From Gemmatimonadales bacterium (GTDB lineage Bacteria > Gemmatimonadota > Gemmatimonadetes > Gemmatimonadales > GWC2-71-9): a stretch of DNA of 64,000 bases. Numbering within the stretch: the stretch's first letter is position 1; each line of letters opens with the position of its first letter. Shown here in pieces: positions 21,674-30,595 of the stretch. The stretch lies in contig JBFJHJ010000004.1 in NCBI GenBank assembly GCA_041613315.1, positions 49,931 through 113,930 on the forward strand, read 5' to 3'. Below the pieces are notes generated by a model. That model was not told the origin of the DNA, made no database searches, and saw only the letters and a program-made list of their open reading frames with translations. Made by a program: the position numbers and the translations under genes.

Positions 21674-22696
21674 TCACGCCATCCTCACCCCTTCACCCTC
21701 GACGATCTCCCCCACCACCCACGTCTCGACGCCGGCCTCACCGGCGGCCTCGCGCACCCGGTCCACCTCGTCTCGCGACACGACGGCGATCATCCCCACC
21801 CCCATGTTGAACACGCGGTACATCTCGCCATCGCTCACGCGGCCCGCGTCCTGAAGCAGGCGGAAGATCGGGGGCGGGGGCCACGCGGCGCGCTCGACGA
21901 CGGCGCCCAGTCCGTGGGGAAGCGGCCGCGTGAGGTTGCCCGGGATCCCGCCGCCCGTGATGTGGGCGAGCGCGCGGATGCTCTGAAGCGCGGGCGCCAC
22001 CGCCCGGCGGTAGCTCCGGTGCACGGCCAGCAGCGCGTCCGCCACGGTCGCACCCACGTCGGCCAGGGCGTCGTCGGGCCCCAACTTCAGCGTGTCGAAC
22101 ACGATGCGGCGGGCGAGGGTGTAGCCGTTCGTGTGCAGCCCGGCCGAGGCGTAGCCGACGAGCGCGTCGCCGGCGTTGACGCGGTCGCCGTGGAGCGCTT
22201 CGCGCTCGTCCACCACGCCCACGATCGTCCCGGCCAGGTCGTAGTGGCCCGGCTGGTACAGGTCGGGGAGCTGCGCCGTCTCGCCGCCGGCCAACGTCAT
22301 GTCATGCGCGCGGCAGCCACGCGCCACGCCTTCCACGAGCGCGGCGACCGTCTCCTGGGCGAGCGACGCGCCGGCGATGTAGTCCTGGAAGGCAAGCGGC
22401 GCCGCGCCATGGACGAGAATGTCGTTCACCGAGTGGTTGACGAGATCTTCACCGACCGTCTCGTGGCGGCCCGCCCGGATCGCGACGAGCACCTTCGTCC
22501 CGACGCCGTCGGTGCTCATGACGAGCGTGGGGCGCTCGATGCCCTCGGGGACGCGGACCATCCCTCCGAAAGCGCCGACGTCGCCCCGGGCGAGCGTCGT
22601 GCGGGTCGAGGCGACCAGCTCGGCAATCCGACGCTTGGCCTCCTCGGCGGCGTCGAGGTCCACGCCGGCGGCGCGGTAGCGCTCCGCGGGCATCAC
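21674..22696 (-). CDS. purM: Phosphoribosylformylglycinamidine cyclo-ligase
   Basis: YRAAGVD, TDGVGTK, GGETA, GLHTNGY, HITGGG, FNMGVGM. Confidence 0.96.
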   Translation of the reverse strand: MMPAERYRAAGVDLDAAEEAKRRIAELVASTRTTLARGDVGAFGGMVRVPEGIERPTLVMSTDGVGTKVLVAIRAGRHETVGEDLVNHSVNDILVHGAAPLAFQDYIAGASLAQETVAALVEGVARGCRAHDMTLAGGETAQLPDLYQPGHYDLAGTIVGVVDEREALHGDRVNAGDALVGYASAGLHTNGYTLARRIVFDTLKLGPDDALADVGATVADALLAVHRSYRRAVAPALQSIRALAHITGGGIPGNLTRPLPHGLGAVVERAAWPPPPIFRLLQDAGRVSDGEMYRVFNMGVGMIAVVSRDEVDRVREAAGEAGVETWVVGEIVEGEGVRMA

Positions 22697-23637
22697 CCTG
22701 CCGCTCCCCCGCCCCGCCCTTTCGTCTCCGCCTCCACGTCGAACCGCACCAACTCCGCGAATGCCCGCACGCGGGCGGTGACCTCGGCGGGACCCACCTC
22801 GTCGAACCGCTGGGTGGAGAACCGTTCGACCGCGTACGAGCCCATCGCACCGCCGTAGACCATGGCGCGGCGCACGTTGTCGGCCGACGTGTCACCGGTC
22901 CGGGCCAGGTGGCCCATGAACCCGCCGGCGAAGGCGTCGCCCGCGCCGGTGGGATCGAACACGTCCTCCAGCGGGTAGGCGGGCACGTAGAAGATCCGAT
23001 CCTTCTCGACCAGCACCGCGCCGTAGACGCCCTGTTTGATCACGACCATCTTGGGGCCGCGCTCGAGGATCCAGCGCGCGGCGCGGAAGATGTTCCAGTC
23101 GCCCGACAGCTCGCGGGCCTCCGCGTCATTCACCATCAGCACGTGGATATGCCGCAGCAGCTCGAGCAGCACGTCGCGCTTGCCGTGGATCCAGTAGTTC
23201 ATCGTGTCGCAGGCGACGAGCGTGGGCTTCGCGATCTGGTCGAGCACGCCGAGCTGCAGCTCGGGATCGATGTTGCCGAGGAACACGAAGCGGGCGTCGC
23301 GGAACGCCGTGGGGATCCTCGGCTGAAAGTGGGCGAACACGCCGAGGCGGGTCTCCAACGTCTCACGGTTTTGGAGGTCGTAGGAGTATTTCCCTTTCCA
23401 GCGGAAACTCTCGCCTTTCGCGCGCTCCACGCCGGCCAGGTCGGCGCCGCGCGCGGCCAGGCGGTCCAGCTCTTCCTGGGGGAAGTCGTCGCCCACCACG
23501 CCCACCACCTGCACGGGGTGGAGGATGCTCGCGGCGTAGCTGAAGAACACCGCCGAGCCGCCCAGCGCGTCGGCGTTGGAGCCGAACGGCGTCTGGACGG
23601 AATCGAGGGCGATGGAGCCGACGACGAGTAGGGTCAT
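22693..23637 (-). CDS. PfkB family carbohydrate/nucleoside kinase
   Basis: DPTGAGDAFAGG PfkB signature. Confidence 0.88.
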   Translation of the reverse strand: MTLLVVGSIALDSVQTPFGSNADALGGSAVFFSYAASILHPVQVVGVVGDDFPQEELDRLAARGADLAGVERAKGESFRWKGKYSYDLQNRETLETRLGVFAHFQPRIPTAFRDARFVFLGNIDPELQLGVLDQIAKPTLVACDTMNYWIHGKRDVLLELLRHIHVLMVNDAEARELSGDWNIFRAARWILERGPKMVVIKQGVYGAVLVEKDRIFYVPAYPLEDVFDPTGAGDAFAGGFMGHLARTGDTSADNVRRAMVYGGAMGSYAVERFSTQRFDEVGPAEVTARVRAFAELVRFDVEAETKGRGGGAAG

Positions 23638-23661
23638 GAGATCAATCCGGCGATCGGGCCT

Positions 23662-25341
23662 TCACATCCGCTCTGGTGCCGTGACACCCAACAACCCGAG
23701 CCCATTCGCGAGCACCGCTTGCGCCGCCCGCGCGAGCGCCAAGCGCGCCTGCTCGATCGGCTTCGGCTCGCCCAGGACTCGATGGTGGTGATACCACGCG
23801 TTCACCAGCTTCGCCACCTCTTCGACGTGCGCCACGATCCGATGGGGCTCCAGGGCCTGGGCGGCGGCTTCGACGATCGCCGGGTATTGGGCGAGCTTCT
23901 TGATCAACTCCTGCTCGTGCTCCTCGGTCAGGAGGCTCAGATCCGCCCCCTGCGCCCCAATCTCTTCCGCTCTCACGCCCGCCGTCCGGAAGATCCCCAT
24001 CATCCGCGTGTGCGCGTACTGCACGTAGTAGACGGGGTTGTCCTCCGACTGCCGCTTGGCGAGATCCACGTCGAAGACGAAGTGCTGCTCGCCGCGGCGC
24101 ATCAGGAAGAAGTATCGGACGGCGTCGCGCCCCACCTCGTCCACCAGATCGCGCACGGTGAGATAGCTGCCGGCCCGCTTGGAGATCTTCATCTCCTCGC
24201 CGCCCCTGGTCACGGTCACCATCTGGTGCAGCACGTACTCCGGGTAGCCCTCCGGGATGTCCATCTCCAGCGCCTGGAGGCCGATGCGCACGCGCTTCAC
24301 GGTGCCGTGGTGGTCGGCGCCCTGCACGTTGATCGCGCGGGCGAAGCCGCGCTCCCACTTGTTCACGTGATACGCGACGTCCGGCACGAAGTAGGTGTAC
24401 TCCGAGCCTTTGGCCGCGCTCTTCCGCATCACGCGGTCCTTGTCGTCGCCGAAGTCGGTGGTGCGGAGCCAGAGGGCGCCGTCCCGCTCGTAGGTGTGGC
24501 CGGCCTTGACCAGGCGGTTCACCGTCTCCTCGACCCCGCCGTCGGCATACAGGGACGACTCGAGGAAGTAGGCGTCGAACGTGACGCCCAGGGCCTGGAG
24601 GTCCCGGTCCTGCTCCTCGCGCAGCTCCTGGACGGCGAACCGCCGCACGGTCTCCAGATCCGCGCCGTCGGGGTCGTCGGGGTGTTGGGCGACGTAGCGC
24701 TCGGCGATATCGCGGACGTACTCGCCGTGGTAGCCGCCCGGGGGGATTTGGGCGTCCTGGCCCCGGAGCTGTTGGATCCGCGCCTGCACGCTCCGGGCGA
24801 GCTTCACGATCTGCGTGCCCGCATCGTTGTAGTAGAACTCGCGCGACACCTGCCAGCCGGTCGCCTCCAGGAGCGCGGCGATCGCGTCGCCGAGTGCCGC
24901 CTGGCGGCCGTGGCCGACGTGCAGGGGACCGGTCGGGTTGGCCGAGACGAATTCCACATTCACGCGCTGGCCGTTGGCCGCTGTCCGTCGTCCGTAATTC
25001 TGTGCCTCGGTGAGGATCGTGCGGAGGACGTCGGCCAGGGCGGTCTCGGCGAGCCAGAAGTTGATGAAGCCGGGGCCGGCGATCTCGGTCTTGGCGACGA
25101 GGCTCGTGGGGGCGTCCAAGCGGGCCACGATCGCTTCCGCCACTTCGCGGGGCCGTTTCTTCAGGGGCTTCGCGAGTTGGAGCGCCACGTTGGTGGCGAG
25201 GTCGCCGTGGGTCGGGTCGCGGGGGCGCTCGAAAGAAACCGGCGGTAAGGAGGGTACGGACTTGAGCTTTGCGTCCGTCACCACTCTGTGGACCGCCCGT
25301 TCGAGGGCCGCCCGGAGCCGGTCGGCTCCGACGGTGGTCAG
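23662..25341 (-). CDS. argS: Arginine--tRNA ligase (probable CTG start at 25341; first canonical start GTG 25284)
   Basis: VEFVSANPTGPLHVGHGR (HIGH), GADHHG, KISKRAG, YYVQYAH. Confidence 0.95.
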   Translation of the reverse strand: MTTVGADRLRAALERAVHRVVTDAKLKSVPSLPPVSFERPRDPTHGDLATNVALQLAKPLKKRPREVAEAIVARLDAPTSLVAKTEIAGPGFINFWLAETALADVLRTILTEAQNYGRRTAANGQRVNVEFVSANPTGPLHVGHGRQAALGDAIAALLEATGWQVSREFYYNDAGTQIVKLARSVQARIQQLRGQDAQIPPGGYHGEYVRDIAERYVAQHPDDPDGADLETVRRFAVQELREEQDRDLQALGVTFDAYFLESSLYADGGVEETVNRLVKAGHTYERDGALWLRTTDFGDDKDRVMRKSAAKGSEYTYFVPDVAYHVNKWERGFARAINVQGADHHGTVKRVRIGLQALEMDIPEGYPEYVLHQMVTVTRGGEEMKISKRAGSYLTVRDLVDEVGRDAVRYFFLMRRGEQHFVFDVDLAKRQSEDNPVYYVQYAHTRMMGIFRTAGVRAEEIGAQGADLSLLTEEHEQELIKKLAQYPAIVEAAAQALEPHRIVAHVEEVAKLVNAWYHHHRVLGEPKPIEQARLALARAAQAVLANGLGLLGVTAPERM

Positions 25342-25646
25342 GATTGCGCTCCGGACGACTTGGGTTTGGTGGGGGAGGCCGCGTCCTTGCCGGCCTTCCC
25401 GGGTTTCTTGGCTTTCTTCTCGCCGGGCTTCTTGTCGCCCTTTTCGTCCGGCTTTTTCTCGCCCGCCCGTTTGTAGTCAGTGATGTAGAAGCCCGAGCCC
25501 TTGAAGACGAGGCCGGCCCCGCCCGTGATCATCCGTTCGCCGCGGGTGCCGCATTCCGGGCACTTGGCGCGGGTCTTGTCGGTGATCTTCTGGAGCTTGT
25601 CGTACTCGTGCCCGCAGGCGGGGCAGCGGTAAGCGTAGGTTGGCAT
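25338..25646 (-). CDS. FmdB-family zinc-ribbon protein with Lys-rich tail
   Basis: MPTYAYRCPACG...CPECG...FKGSGFYITDY. Confidence 0.9.
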   Translation of the reverse strand: MPTYAYRCPACGHEYDKLQKITDKTRAKCPECGTRGERMITGGAGLVFKGSGFYITDYKRAGEKKPDEKGDKKPGEKKAKKPGKAGKDAASPTKPKSSGAQS

Positions 25647-25678
25647 CTTTCCCGTTTCGTAAGCCTAACGGAATCGGC

Positions 25679-25708
25679 AAGTTAGCGATGGTTCGCGGGG
25701 TGGGTCAA
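25679..25708 (-). promoter_or_regulatory. Sigma70-type promoter heading the housekeeping gene run
   Basis: TTGACC-18 nt-TAACTT, ~30 nt upstream of FmdB ATG. Confidence 0.6.
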
Positions 25709-25918
25709 GCGGGCGGGGGGGCTACCTCGTGTCGTGATGGCTCCCCTTTGTCGCGTCCTCGGCGATGCAGCCCAGGGCATGACTCGGCGTTGACATTATC
25801 GGCCACGGGTCGCCAGACGGTCGACCATGGGAGTACGTCAACCCTGGATGCGGCGCCGCCGGTCGGGGTCCCCAGTGAGCACGACGGTGTGGGGAACGTG
25901 GCATGTTGCCGACCCTAG

Positions 25919-26602
25919 CTAGGGCTTTTTCTTCCAGGTTGGGTGCTTGTCCGCGACTCCGAATTTGTTGATTCGACCTTCCGTTACCAACACCCAGACC
26001 TCGGGATCGAACATGGAAATCGGCGACTTCTTATAAGGACGGAGTTTCTGGAAGTCCTGCAACAGGGGTTTCACCTCCGTTGCCTGGATGGTCGCCGTCG
26101 TCATCTCCCAGTTTCGCATCTTGGTATAAATGGACTTCAGAATGAGAGAGCGACTTCGCACCTTGTTAGGTATGCCAATGCCTTCGAAAGCATCCAAGCC
26201 ATCGCTACCCGGGTCATCGCCGGGAGCTCGATTCGCGTTCCTGGGGCCTTCCACGAGATTCCATTCGGCCCAAGCCAACTTGTTCCACATGTTATCGTTG
26301 TCGGGAGCGCCGAGAGCTCCATTCTTCATGCCGGTCACGACGGCGGGCACGTTGCCAAGGCCCCACAGATCAGCCCACTCCGACAGCACGTCCCACTGCC
26401 CACTCGTCGCCAGCGCGCTCCATCCGTTCCGCAAGACCTTCCAGGGAATAATGTGATGCCAGTCCATGGGAATCTCGTAATTCATGGTCACTGGCCTGTC
26501 GACCTTCCAGATCTTGCTGTTGTCGCGGGAATTGGTGTGCGTGGTACCCCAGGGGAAGTCGGGACGTTGCGTGGCGGTAATCCGGCCGTTGGCGAGAATC
26601 AT
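25919..26602 (-). CDS. Low-GC orphan protein, possible HNH/EndoVII-fold nuclease-toxin domain
   Basis: GGAGGA RBS before ATG 26602; motif DWHHIIPW...WNLVEGP...R.PGDDPG; visibly more AT-rich than flanks. Confidence 0.6.
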   Translation of the reverse strand: MILANGRITATQRPDFPWGTTHTNSRDNSKIWKVDRPVTMNYEIPMDWHHIIPWKVLRNGWSALATSGQWDVLSEWADLWGLGNVPAVVTGMKNGALGAPDNDNMWNKLAWAEWNLVEGPRNANRAPGDDPGSDGLDAFEGIGIPNKVRSRSLILKSIYTKMRNWEMTTATIQATEVKPLLQDFQKLRPYKKSPISMFDPEVWVLVTEGRINKFGVADKHPTWKKKP

Positions 26603-26792
26603 CGTTCGGCTCCTCCCGGGTCGCCTATGATCGAGCACCTCATTCGTCGATCCCGCCAAGCTAGAGGCGGGTGAGGTGACCGTCTAGGGTCCGCGATCCG
26701 AACATGTGAGGCGTGCACGGTGGGCTTGAGTCGCGAGGTCACGCGAGCGCTGTTCCCCGGCTCGGCCCGTCGCCTACCTCGATACGGCGGCG

Positions 26793-27164
26793 ATGGCCGT
26801 TGCACGCCGGCCGAGGGCCGTTGCCGTGCTGCTACGCGCCGTCGCCGGATGTGCGGTCTCGAGCCTGTGGTTCCTCCCCGCGGTGCTTGCTCGCCGGGAC
26901 GTGATCGGGTTTCTACTCTTTGTCGCTGCCGCGGGGGCCGCCTCAGCCGTGGCCGGCGCCCTCGGGGGGGCTGCACTCTGTGACCGGCACAAGACCCCTG
27001 CAACACGCCACGCCGTGTTCCGCGGCGTCGGCATCGCGACGTTGGCCCTGGGACTGTTCGCGCCGCTCTTTGCCGTGCTCCATGGCTGGACCGCGCGGGG
27101 GGAGACGAGGCTGATTGGGCTAAGCATCGCAGCCCTCGCATTCACGTTTCTAGCTACCTGGTGA
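26793..27164 (+). CDS. Small hypothetical membrane protein (~4 TM)
   Basis: Four hydrophobic segments in a 123-aa ORF; no recognisable family. Confidence 0.45.
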   Translation: MAVARRPRAVAVLLRAVAGCAVSSLWFLPAVLARRDVIGFLLFVAAAGAASAVAGALGGAALCDRHKTPATRHAVFRGVGIATLALGLFAPLFAVLHGWTARGETRLIGLSIAALAFTFLATW

Positions 27165-27231
27165 GTCGCGGCGCTTCTCGTCGCTCCGCGCGAGACGTTG
27201 TCACGCTTGGATGACCTGCCGGCAGTGAAGT

Positions 27232-27263
27232 GAGGAAAGGGGGACCGGAACGGCCGGCCCCCC
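27232..27263 (-). terminator. Intrinsic terminator-like hairpin after OMP gene
   Basis: Minus strand GGGGGCCGG-ccgtt-CCGGTCCCCC-TTTCCTC. Confidence 0.55.
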
Positions 27264-27288
27264 TCGTTGGCGCGCGAGCCGCGCGCCC

Positions 27289-27855
27289 TTAGAACTTCAC
27301 GCGAAAACCGACGCCCAACGGCCAGACCCAGGCATTCGTCGTGCCCAGGTCGGCCTCGTCCGAGAACGCGATGTCGCCCTGCGGGCTGATCAGGATGTCG
27401 ACCGACGGAGTCGCCTTGATACCGAGCTTCGCACCGGCGTTGATCGCGAAGTAGGTCTGGCTGGACGACAAGTCACCCCCAAACGTCATGGCGCCGGCGC
27501 CGAGGTTCAGGGTGAGGACCACCTTCTCATTCTCGAAGGCATCGAAGCCGACCTTCGCCAGATAGTGATACGTGTTGATGTTGAAATCCGGCGTGGCGGT
27601 GCCGTGGATCCCCACGTCGACGTCCGCCATGAGCCGGATCTTCTCGGTCACGCGGTACCCGATGCCGACGCCGCCCCCGAACCCGAGATCGGCTGCATCG
27701 GCAATGTCGAACGTCGGGAGCATGGCCGTGCCCCGGAGCTCCAGGCTGATCGGCTTCTCGACCTGCGCCATCTGGGCTGCCCCTTCCGTCGGCGCCGACA
27801 CACCCACCGCGACCGCGGCCGCAGCCGCAGCCGCCACACAAAACGTCGTACGCAT
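27289..27855 (-). CDS. Small outer-membrane beta-barrel protein (OmpA/OmpW-like 8-strand size)
   Basis: Signal peptide, alternating amphipathic strands, C-terminal LGVGFRVKF; GGAGG RBS. Confidence 0.8.
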   Translation of the reverse strand: MRTTFCVAAAAAAAVAVGVSAPTEGAAQMAQVEKPISLELRGTAMLPTFDIADAADLGFGGGVGIGYRVTEKIRLMADVDVGIHGTATPDFNINTYHYLAKVGFDAFENEKVVLTLNLGAGAMTFGGDLSSSQTYFAINAGAKLGIKATPSVDILISPQGDIAFSDEADLGTTNAWVWPLGVGFRVKF

Positions 27856-27995
27856 TTTCCTGCCTCCAGTGTCTTCAAGTTGCGGGAGCGGCCACGGGCA
27901 ACCGACCCCAGTTCGATCTTCCAACCAGCAGCCCCCGTTCTCCCCTTGCCCGTGATCGCTCGGGATCCGAGGCGCCGCCCAACTCCGCACCCCAA

Positions 27996-28024
27996 ACGAT
28001 AGGGCCTCGGGCCCCGTTTGTCAA
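27996..28024 (-). promoter_or_regulatory. Sigma70-type promoter of OMP gene
   Basis: TTGACA-17 nt-TATCGT. Confidence 0.65.
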
Positions 28025-28233
28025 GGTTTTGTCTAACTTATTGATGGACAGTATCTGGATTCACCGCTCTTCGGTAACCCTGGCGCTGAACGTGGCAGCC
28101 CATGGCCCTCCAGACCGCACGCCCCGCCGGGCGCGGCGTTCGGCTCGCTCGCTGCCGCGGCGGCTAGGCGGTACGATATGACTCCCGCGCGAAGGGCGTG
28201 TGGGATCCATCGCAACGAGCCCTCGGAGACGCC

Positions 28234-30486
28234 ATGCCCCGTCGCCACATGGTCTGTCGCTTCGCTCTCCTCGCCATCGCCGCCGCGCTCCTCCTTCCGT
28301 CAGGCGCAGGCGCTCAGTCAGGTTCGTCGCCGACGGCTCAGCAAAGCGGTGACCTGTCGGTAGCGATGGTCATCAGCGGCGGGGCCTCGCTCGGCGTTTA
28401 CGAGGCCGGCTACATGTACGCGCTGGGCGAGGTCCTCAAGCGACAGGGCGTTCCGCTGCGGGTGGCGACCGGAGCCTCGGCCGGAAGCGGGAACGCCCTC
28501 TTCACCGCGCTCAGCAGCTGCGCCCCCGCGAACGACTTCCCGACCCAGGACCTCGGGTACCAGTTCTGGCTTGCCCAACAATTCGACAGCATCTTCGAGC
28601 CGGATTCGAGTACCGCCGTCAGCGCGTTCATCGCAACCCCGGGCCTAGTGGACCTGCGCCGGCTCCTCGGTGAGATCTGGCAGCGCCGTCTCCCCGAATC
28701 GTGCGACGTGGCATTGGGGATTCCGGTCACCAGGCTCACGCCACTCGACGTGACCCTGCAGGGCCAGCTCACCGTGCCACGGCAGCTGCTGTACTTCACG
28801 CTGCGGATTCTCGGCCGGGGAGACGGTCTGCCACCGGTGCTTCGAAACACCATTGACTCGGGCTCCGAGGCTCCCCAGCTCCTCTTGCCGCTGGCGGCAG
28901 ATCCCGACGCCGGCAACGCGGCAAGCCGGGACCGCGACCGCCTTATCCAGGTCATCGCCGCCTCCGGCGCCTTCCCCTTCGCGTTCGCGCCCGTGCGCCT
29001 GGCATACTGCATCTACCCCACCGTGGACGCCGATGCGTGTCACGAGGCCGACCACCGAGATCCGTTCATCGACGGCGGCGTCTTCGACAACGTCCCACTT
29101 GGCCTCGCCAGCGCCCTGAGCAGGTCCCGTCACACGACGGGCGAACGCACCCTGTTCGTGTACATGGATCCCGATCTCCGTGCCTACCCGGTGCCGGCGC
29201 CACGTGCGTCCCCGTCACCGCCCAACGTCTTCCGCCACGGCGCCATGATCGCACAGGGGTTTGTCCGGCAAGCCCGCAAGACCGAGCTCTTCGCCCTGCT
29301 CGAGGAACGAACCCCTGCCCTGGACCCGGGCAGTTTGCTCATCGCGTCGAACCGGTTTCCGCAGGCCAGCGGCTTCCTCAGCAACTTCTTCGGCCTGTTC
29401 GAACGCGAGTTCCGGCGCTTCGATTTCTATCTGGGCATGTACGACGCGCTCCACGATCTGGCCTCGTGGCGCCAGCTCCCGTCGGACCGCGGACGGCAGG
29501 AGCTCGAGGCGCTCGTGTCGACGCCCGACTGGCAGCCGCTGCTCTGCTTGCGAGAGTGGTACGACTCGACGGCCGCGACGCGACGCCCGAGCTGCGACGG
29601 CGACAGCCTGCGCGACTTCCGCATCCTCGCGCAAGTCGCCCTGAACCGGGTGTATTCCGAGTGCCGGGACCTCAGCGCGGAGCAGCGTCGCCGTCCCATC
29701 GCCCACTACCACTGCCGTCGTGCCGCAGAGGGCGCGCTCCCGCCAACGATCGCCCAGGCGACCCACCCCCTGGACTCGACACAGGCACTGCGCGATACCA
29801 CGAAGAACGAGACTGAGCTGGACTACAACCTCCGGCTCCTCGCCGCCTACGGGTTTCATTTCCGGGACCTCGGCGTGCCTCGCGGTCACGCCGGCCACGC
29901 GCGCCGAGTCCTGGCCCGCCGTCTCCGTGAGGTGGTGGAGACCCTCGCCGACCGGCAGCCCACGGGATCCGACCGTAGAATCGTGCGCCTCGCCACGCTG
30001 GCCGTGGGTGCCATCTACTACGAGCCCCCGCCCAGCTGGCGGTACGTTGTCGTCGGGACGGCGCAGGAGCTGGGCGCCAGCCAGGCCGTGCCGGGGTTCC
30101 CCGACTGGCTGCGTCTCAACGCCGCGCTTCGGCTGAAAGGGATCGTGTCGCTTCTCACCCAGGATCCCAACGAGTTCGCGGCCGGCGTGTTCGCAGGGCC
30201 CGACATCGAGCTGCGGCCGTTCAGCAGTCCCGCGCACATCATCACTATCGCCCCGCGGGTGGGGTATCAGTTCTCCCAGGGCGACCGCTTTCGTTCCGAG
30301 CCGTGCGACGCGGCGCGGACCAGCGGCGACGGGCGCGGCTGCAGTCAGGTGGTGCTCCAGGCCGTCACCTCGCTCATCGTGATCGAACGTGTCCGGCTGC
30401 AGGTCTCCTTGGATTACTTCCCCCGCAACGTGGACTTCGACAATCGCTCGTATGACGTCCAGATCGCGCTCGGCGTGCAGTTCTGA
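28234..30486 (+). CDS. Exported patatin-like phospholipase with C-terminal beta-strand (barrel-like) region
   Basis: Signal peptide; SGGASLG oxyanion loop, GASAG nucleophile, DGG acid; ends QIALGVQF. Confidence 0.82.
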   Translation: MPRRHMVCRFALLAIAAALLLPSGAGAQSGSSPTAQQSGDLSVAMVISGGASLGVYEAGYMYALGEVLKRQGVPLRVATGASAGSGNALFTALSSCAPANDFPTQDLGYQFWLAQQFDSIFEPDSSTAVSAFIATPGLVDLRRLLGEIWQRRLPESCDVALGIPVTRLTPLDVTLQGQLTVPRQLLYFTLRILGRGDGLPPVLRNTIDSGSEAPQLLLPLAADPDAGNAASRDRDRLIQVIAASGAFPFAFAPVRLAYCIYPTVDADACHEADHRDPFIDGGVFDNVPLGLASALSRSRHTTGERTLFVYMDPDLRAYPVPAPRASPSPPNVFRHGAMIAQGFVRQARKTELFALLEERTPALDPGSLLIASNRFPQASGFLSNFFGLFEREFRRFDFYLGMYDALHDLASWRQLPSDRGRQELEALVSTPDWQPLLCLREWYDSTAATRRPSCDGDSLRDFRILAQVALNRVYSECRDLSAEQRRRPIAHYHCRRAAEGALPPTIAQATHPLDSTQALRDTTKNETELDYNLRLLAAYGFHFRDLGVPRGHAGHARRVLARRLREVVETLADRQPTGSDRRIVRLATLAVGAIYYEPPPSWRYVVVGTAQELGASQAVPGFPDWLRLNAALRLKGIVSLLTQDPNEFAAGVFAGPDIELRPFSSPAHIITIAPRVGYQFSQGDRFRSEPCDAARTSGDGRGCSQVVLQAVTSLIVIERVRLQVSLDYFPRNVDFDNRSYDVQIALGVQF

Positions 30487-30595
30487 CCACGAGCCTACGG
30501 GGAGGACTATCGGCAAGGATTCGGTCACCCGCCCCGCTGGCGCTCCCGCCCCCGGTCCGCATGATTGACGGTGCTACCCCCAGGGACGCTGACCC

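Noticed and set aside
23719..25248. Long antisense ORFs (also 8302-9906, 34714-36537, 44051-46483, 51082-53097)
   Set aside because: Typical stop-poor mirror frames of GC-rich coding genes, with no motifs of their own
25710..25918. Possible ncRNA/tRNA or attachment site at the core-accessory junction
   Set aside because: No cloverleaf, recognisable RNA motif, flanking direct repeat or integrase seen; the small ORFs here lack coding character
25905..25935. CCCTAGCTAGGG palindrome followed by T run as a terminator
   Set aside because: Only ~4 bp of stem once a loop is allowed; the T run is the complement of the orphan's Lys codons
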